Source of the DNA: Podarcis pityusensis
Lineage: Eukaryota
Assembly (NCBI GenBank): GCA_964106645.2
Contig: OZ067042.1
Length of the DNA stretch: 64,000 nucleotides
Reading direction: 5' to 3' (one strand)
Notes under the pieces: model-generated
What the model was told of the DNA's origin: nothing
Database searches by the model: none
Seen by the model: the letters and a program-made list of their open reading frames with translations, nothing else
In this document: in pieces, positions 60,992 to 64,000 of the stretch
Position numbering within the stretch: position 1 is the stretch's first letter
How the letters are laid out: every line of letters begins with the position of its first letter
Position numbers and translations under genes: made by a program

Positions 60992-63041
60992 ACAATTTTC
61001 TGACAGTGTAGTGACAATGCTCAGAGAATTTCAGAAGCATGCACCAGCCTGCAGTTCATTCACAGAAAACCATAGCTTATTTTAATTATGTTATGTTGTG
61101 GTTCATTTATGTATCAGTTTTGGGCTCAGAGGCCCCCCAAGCGGTGAACATCGTATCACTATAAAGATACAATATGTACTAAATTGAAACAGTGTAAACT
61201 AGCAAAATCAAAATACCTGACAGTGGCATACCTATATACAATGAACTCCCTATATATAGTGATTGAGAGCTGTCTCACTCATCACTTCAACCTTCAACTC
61301 TGTAGCCACTATTGTTACATCAGGGTGAGCAAGCAGATTCAGATTTTTTCCGGTGCCACTTGCCCTCCCACCCCCTCCTTCTTCTTCTGCCACCAGTCAA
61401 ACTAATGTTAATAATAATACTAGCCTCTAATATCACCTACCAATCAAACTAGACATCTGTTCACGAGCTGCATTTATGCTCTCACCACAGACACAGCTCC
61501 CCAGCATTCCATCTCTCACTTGGAATCCAGGTTAATTCACATTCCCCTCACCCACTGCTCCAGTCTCTCACCCAGGAGCATGGTTTAATGTGATGCACAA
61601 GTCAGGTCTATGACAGTAACTGACAACCCAGCTGTGCTAAAGTATTAGTATTTAAGCTTGTTGGCACCCACTGGCTTTGAATGTTAGGAGGATTTTCAGA
61701 ATTGCTGCACTCCTTGGCTTTTTGGCTAACACCAAGTGTAGTGTGCAGAATCTCTTCCTGCCATTAATTGTGATGGGCCTGAGAACCTTGACCCAGATAA
61801 TTTTTTCCTATGAATAATTGAATTCCATTGTCTGGAAGAAACCAACAGAAGCAACCTTTGAATCACGAATTAGCCTCAGTAAAAGGAAGAAAGTTCAGCA
61901 ATATTAGACTGTGAAGCTCATCTTCGTGTCTACAAATAAATCCTAAATCACCCTGACACAGTTTACACAAATGACCGGACACTGTAATTTGTAAATGCTT
62001 TCAGAATGGCTGGCCTCTCGAATTAGACGACAAGATCAGAATGTAAAGGCTCCCTAAATTCCTGCCACAAAAGGAATAGCAGACAAACACTCTTATTGCC
62101 TTTAAATCAAAAGCCTCCAGAATCTCTAATGAAATGCTGCATCTGCCATATGGCGACCCAATCTTGCTGACCTCAGTCTTGTAAGACCCCCACCAGCATT
62201 AATTTAGCAAGTAAATGTCAATGCTCCACAAAATAGTTTCTCGTTGAATGTATGCAGTGGTGCAGGGACATAAACTGAGATTGCTTCTGAAGTTATTGTG
62301 TGCGGTGATGCTGTTTCCTTAGGATAATAACCCTGGTTCAAGTGTTAAAAGGGCTCTAGCAATGCAGGGCAGAACTCACTGTTCCCGCCTCCTCAGTTAC
62401 ATTGCTGTTACTCACCTCTGCCACTTTTCACTTATTGGAGAGCAAATATCTGCAGTGGGAAGCCTGCTGAACACGGATAGGCTCCCCGCACATTTTAGAA
62501 CTTTGATTATGCAGGGCTCTAAATCACATGGGGAGCATCCACCATTATGGCAGACTTCCCACTGTACGCATTTGCTCTCCAGTTTGCAGAGGGCAATGGA
62601 GATGTGATGGAGAGGATGGAACCAGTGAGCCAACAGGGCATGAACTGCTTCCTCACATAATTCTAATCAGTATCTTTTTATCAGTGCTCTCAAATTAGTC
62701 AAGCTGACTTTGTGGCTGGTGTGAGTAACATTATTTACATGTGGCTATTCCCCACTATATCAGGAAATTGTTAACGGAGAGAAAACAGATATGAGTAGAC
62801 TGAGTCTCCTATATTTTGTTGTCTTTAACTGCATATGTTAATAAAAAAAATGACTCCTGCACAACCTTAGAGACTGGGAGTGGTACTGGACTAATTTTAA
62901 CTTGAAATTAATGAACATGGCTAAATTAGATCCATTAATTTCAATAGGTCTCATCTGGGTAAAGATTGAGGTCTACCTCATTTTCCTCTTTCCTCATTGC
63001 TTACATCCCTCTACACCTTCCAATGTATATACCTTCCAATG

Positions 63042-63215
63042 CAGTGCTTCTTTTCTTTAAAAATGTTTAGGGGTACTCTCATTTTGACTCAAGAAAATCA
63101 CCATTTTATAGTTCAAATTGGGGGAAATTAATACAGTAAATGGACAAAAGTACAAAGTTTCACAAAATGTTTAGGGGTATGCGTACCCCTGCATCCCCCC
63201 CAGAAAAAAGCATTG
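63042..63215. mobile_element. hAT-type MITE
   Basis: TIR CAGTGCTT / AAGCATTG; exact 8-bp TSD TTCCAATG (63034-63041 and 63216-63223). Confidence 0.8.
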
Positions 63216-64000
63216 TTCCAATGTACAAACTCACAATAATTCTTGATGCTTTGCTTCAAACCCTTTTAGGATGAAAGTTATTAGGCATACAAATAGACCT
63301 GAGGTGACTGCTGATGTTACAAAAACCAAATAGATCTGCAAACCAAGGGAAAGTATTACTAATCCCTTCTGCAGTTCTTAAGAAGAAGAGGTTGGGGGGG
63401 GGGGGGCTCTCTCCCACGTGAATGGTTGCATGTTCCTCAAACATAGCCTATAACTTGCACTTCCTCCCCACAAGTTGCTAATGGTACCTCTACTGCTTCA
63501 TGCCACAAAATGGTTCAGAAGGAGCTGGTGGACGTACAAACAGATCAACAGGTGTGTAGGGCAGACATTATTACAGAAGGCTATATTTATAGAAGACTTC
63601 AGGTGTTCACAGTAGTTCACATAAAGGCGCCTGTGAGAACACATGAAGCTAGGTCTGCCCCCAGATGACTTCACATATGACAGCAATGCTCCCATGCTGA
63701 TGTACAGTCAGTTCAGTCTGAATGGGGCCTGGTCACCATACAAAGAATTTCCACCATAGAGATGGGAAACTTGATTTGCGAGGATTCCCATCTTTACGCT
63801 GAAAACCCTTCATGCATTATACAGGTCTCTTCAGATTCAGTCAACCACGTGTTGGTTCAGGAGAATTGCCAGAAGACATGATGTCAAAAAGGGAAGAAAC
63901 TAGCTTTATGTGTTCTCACAAGTGCCTTAGCATGTTCTGCAGTGGGCCCCTCGAGAGTCCTTAATGTTGGATTTACAGGAAAGAACCTGTCCTTTTGTGT

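Noticed and set aside
62412-62633. 73-aa minus frame ending at donor GAG|GTGAGT (62416)
   Set aside because: No in-frame ATG, phase 2 mismatch with 40542, and no similarity to the Asef N-terminus that I can recognise.
1-64000. CRISPR arrays, rRNA, operons or other prokaryotic systems
   Set aside because: The sequence is intron-rich vertebrate DNA; no regularly spaced repeat-spacer structure or rRNA similarity was seen.

Overview
Vertebrate genomic DNA, most likely a squamate reptile. The repeat content resembles lacertid lizards, which is inferred from remembered repeat families rather than a search. The whole window lies inside one minus-strand gene, the Dbl-family Rho-GEF ARHGEF4 (Asef). 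Seven coding exons (40409-40542, 9059-9238, 8254-8448, 7199-7378, 5574-5806, 4678-4807, 2669-2800) have canonical GT-AG ends and splice in frame. They encode the APC-binding region, SH3, DH and the first half of PH; the 5' and 3' exons lie outside the window. The 31-kb intron between the APC-binding exon and the SH3 exon hides a 53-aa single-pass membrane microprotein ORF (27390-27551, minus, SMIM39-like) that the 60-aa ORF track misses, set in a CpG-enriched, promoter-like patch. The same intron holds candidate alternative first exons, one resembling the N-terminus of the paralog collybistin (ARHGEF9). It also holds a perfect 183-bp Penelope-type palindrome with a 12-bp target-site duplication and a minimal hammerhead-ribozyme motif on each strand. 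A second long foldback (3390-3626) sits in the intron before the PH exon. The rest is CR1/L2 LINE fragments, SINEs, Tc1/mariner- and hAT-type MITEs and microsatellites. Nearly all other ORFs in the track are chance frames.
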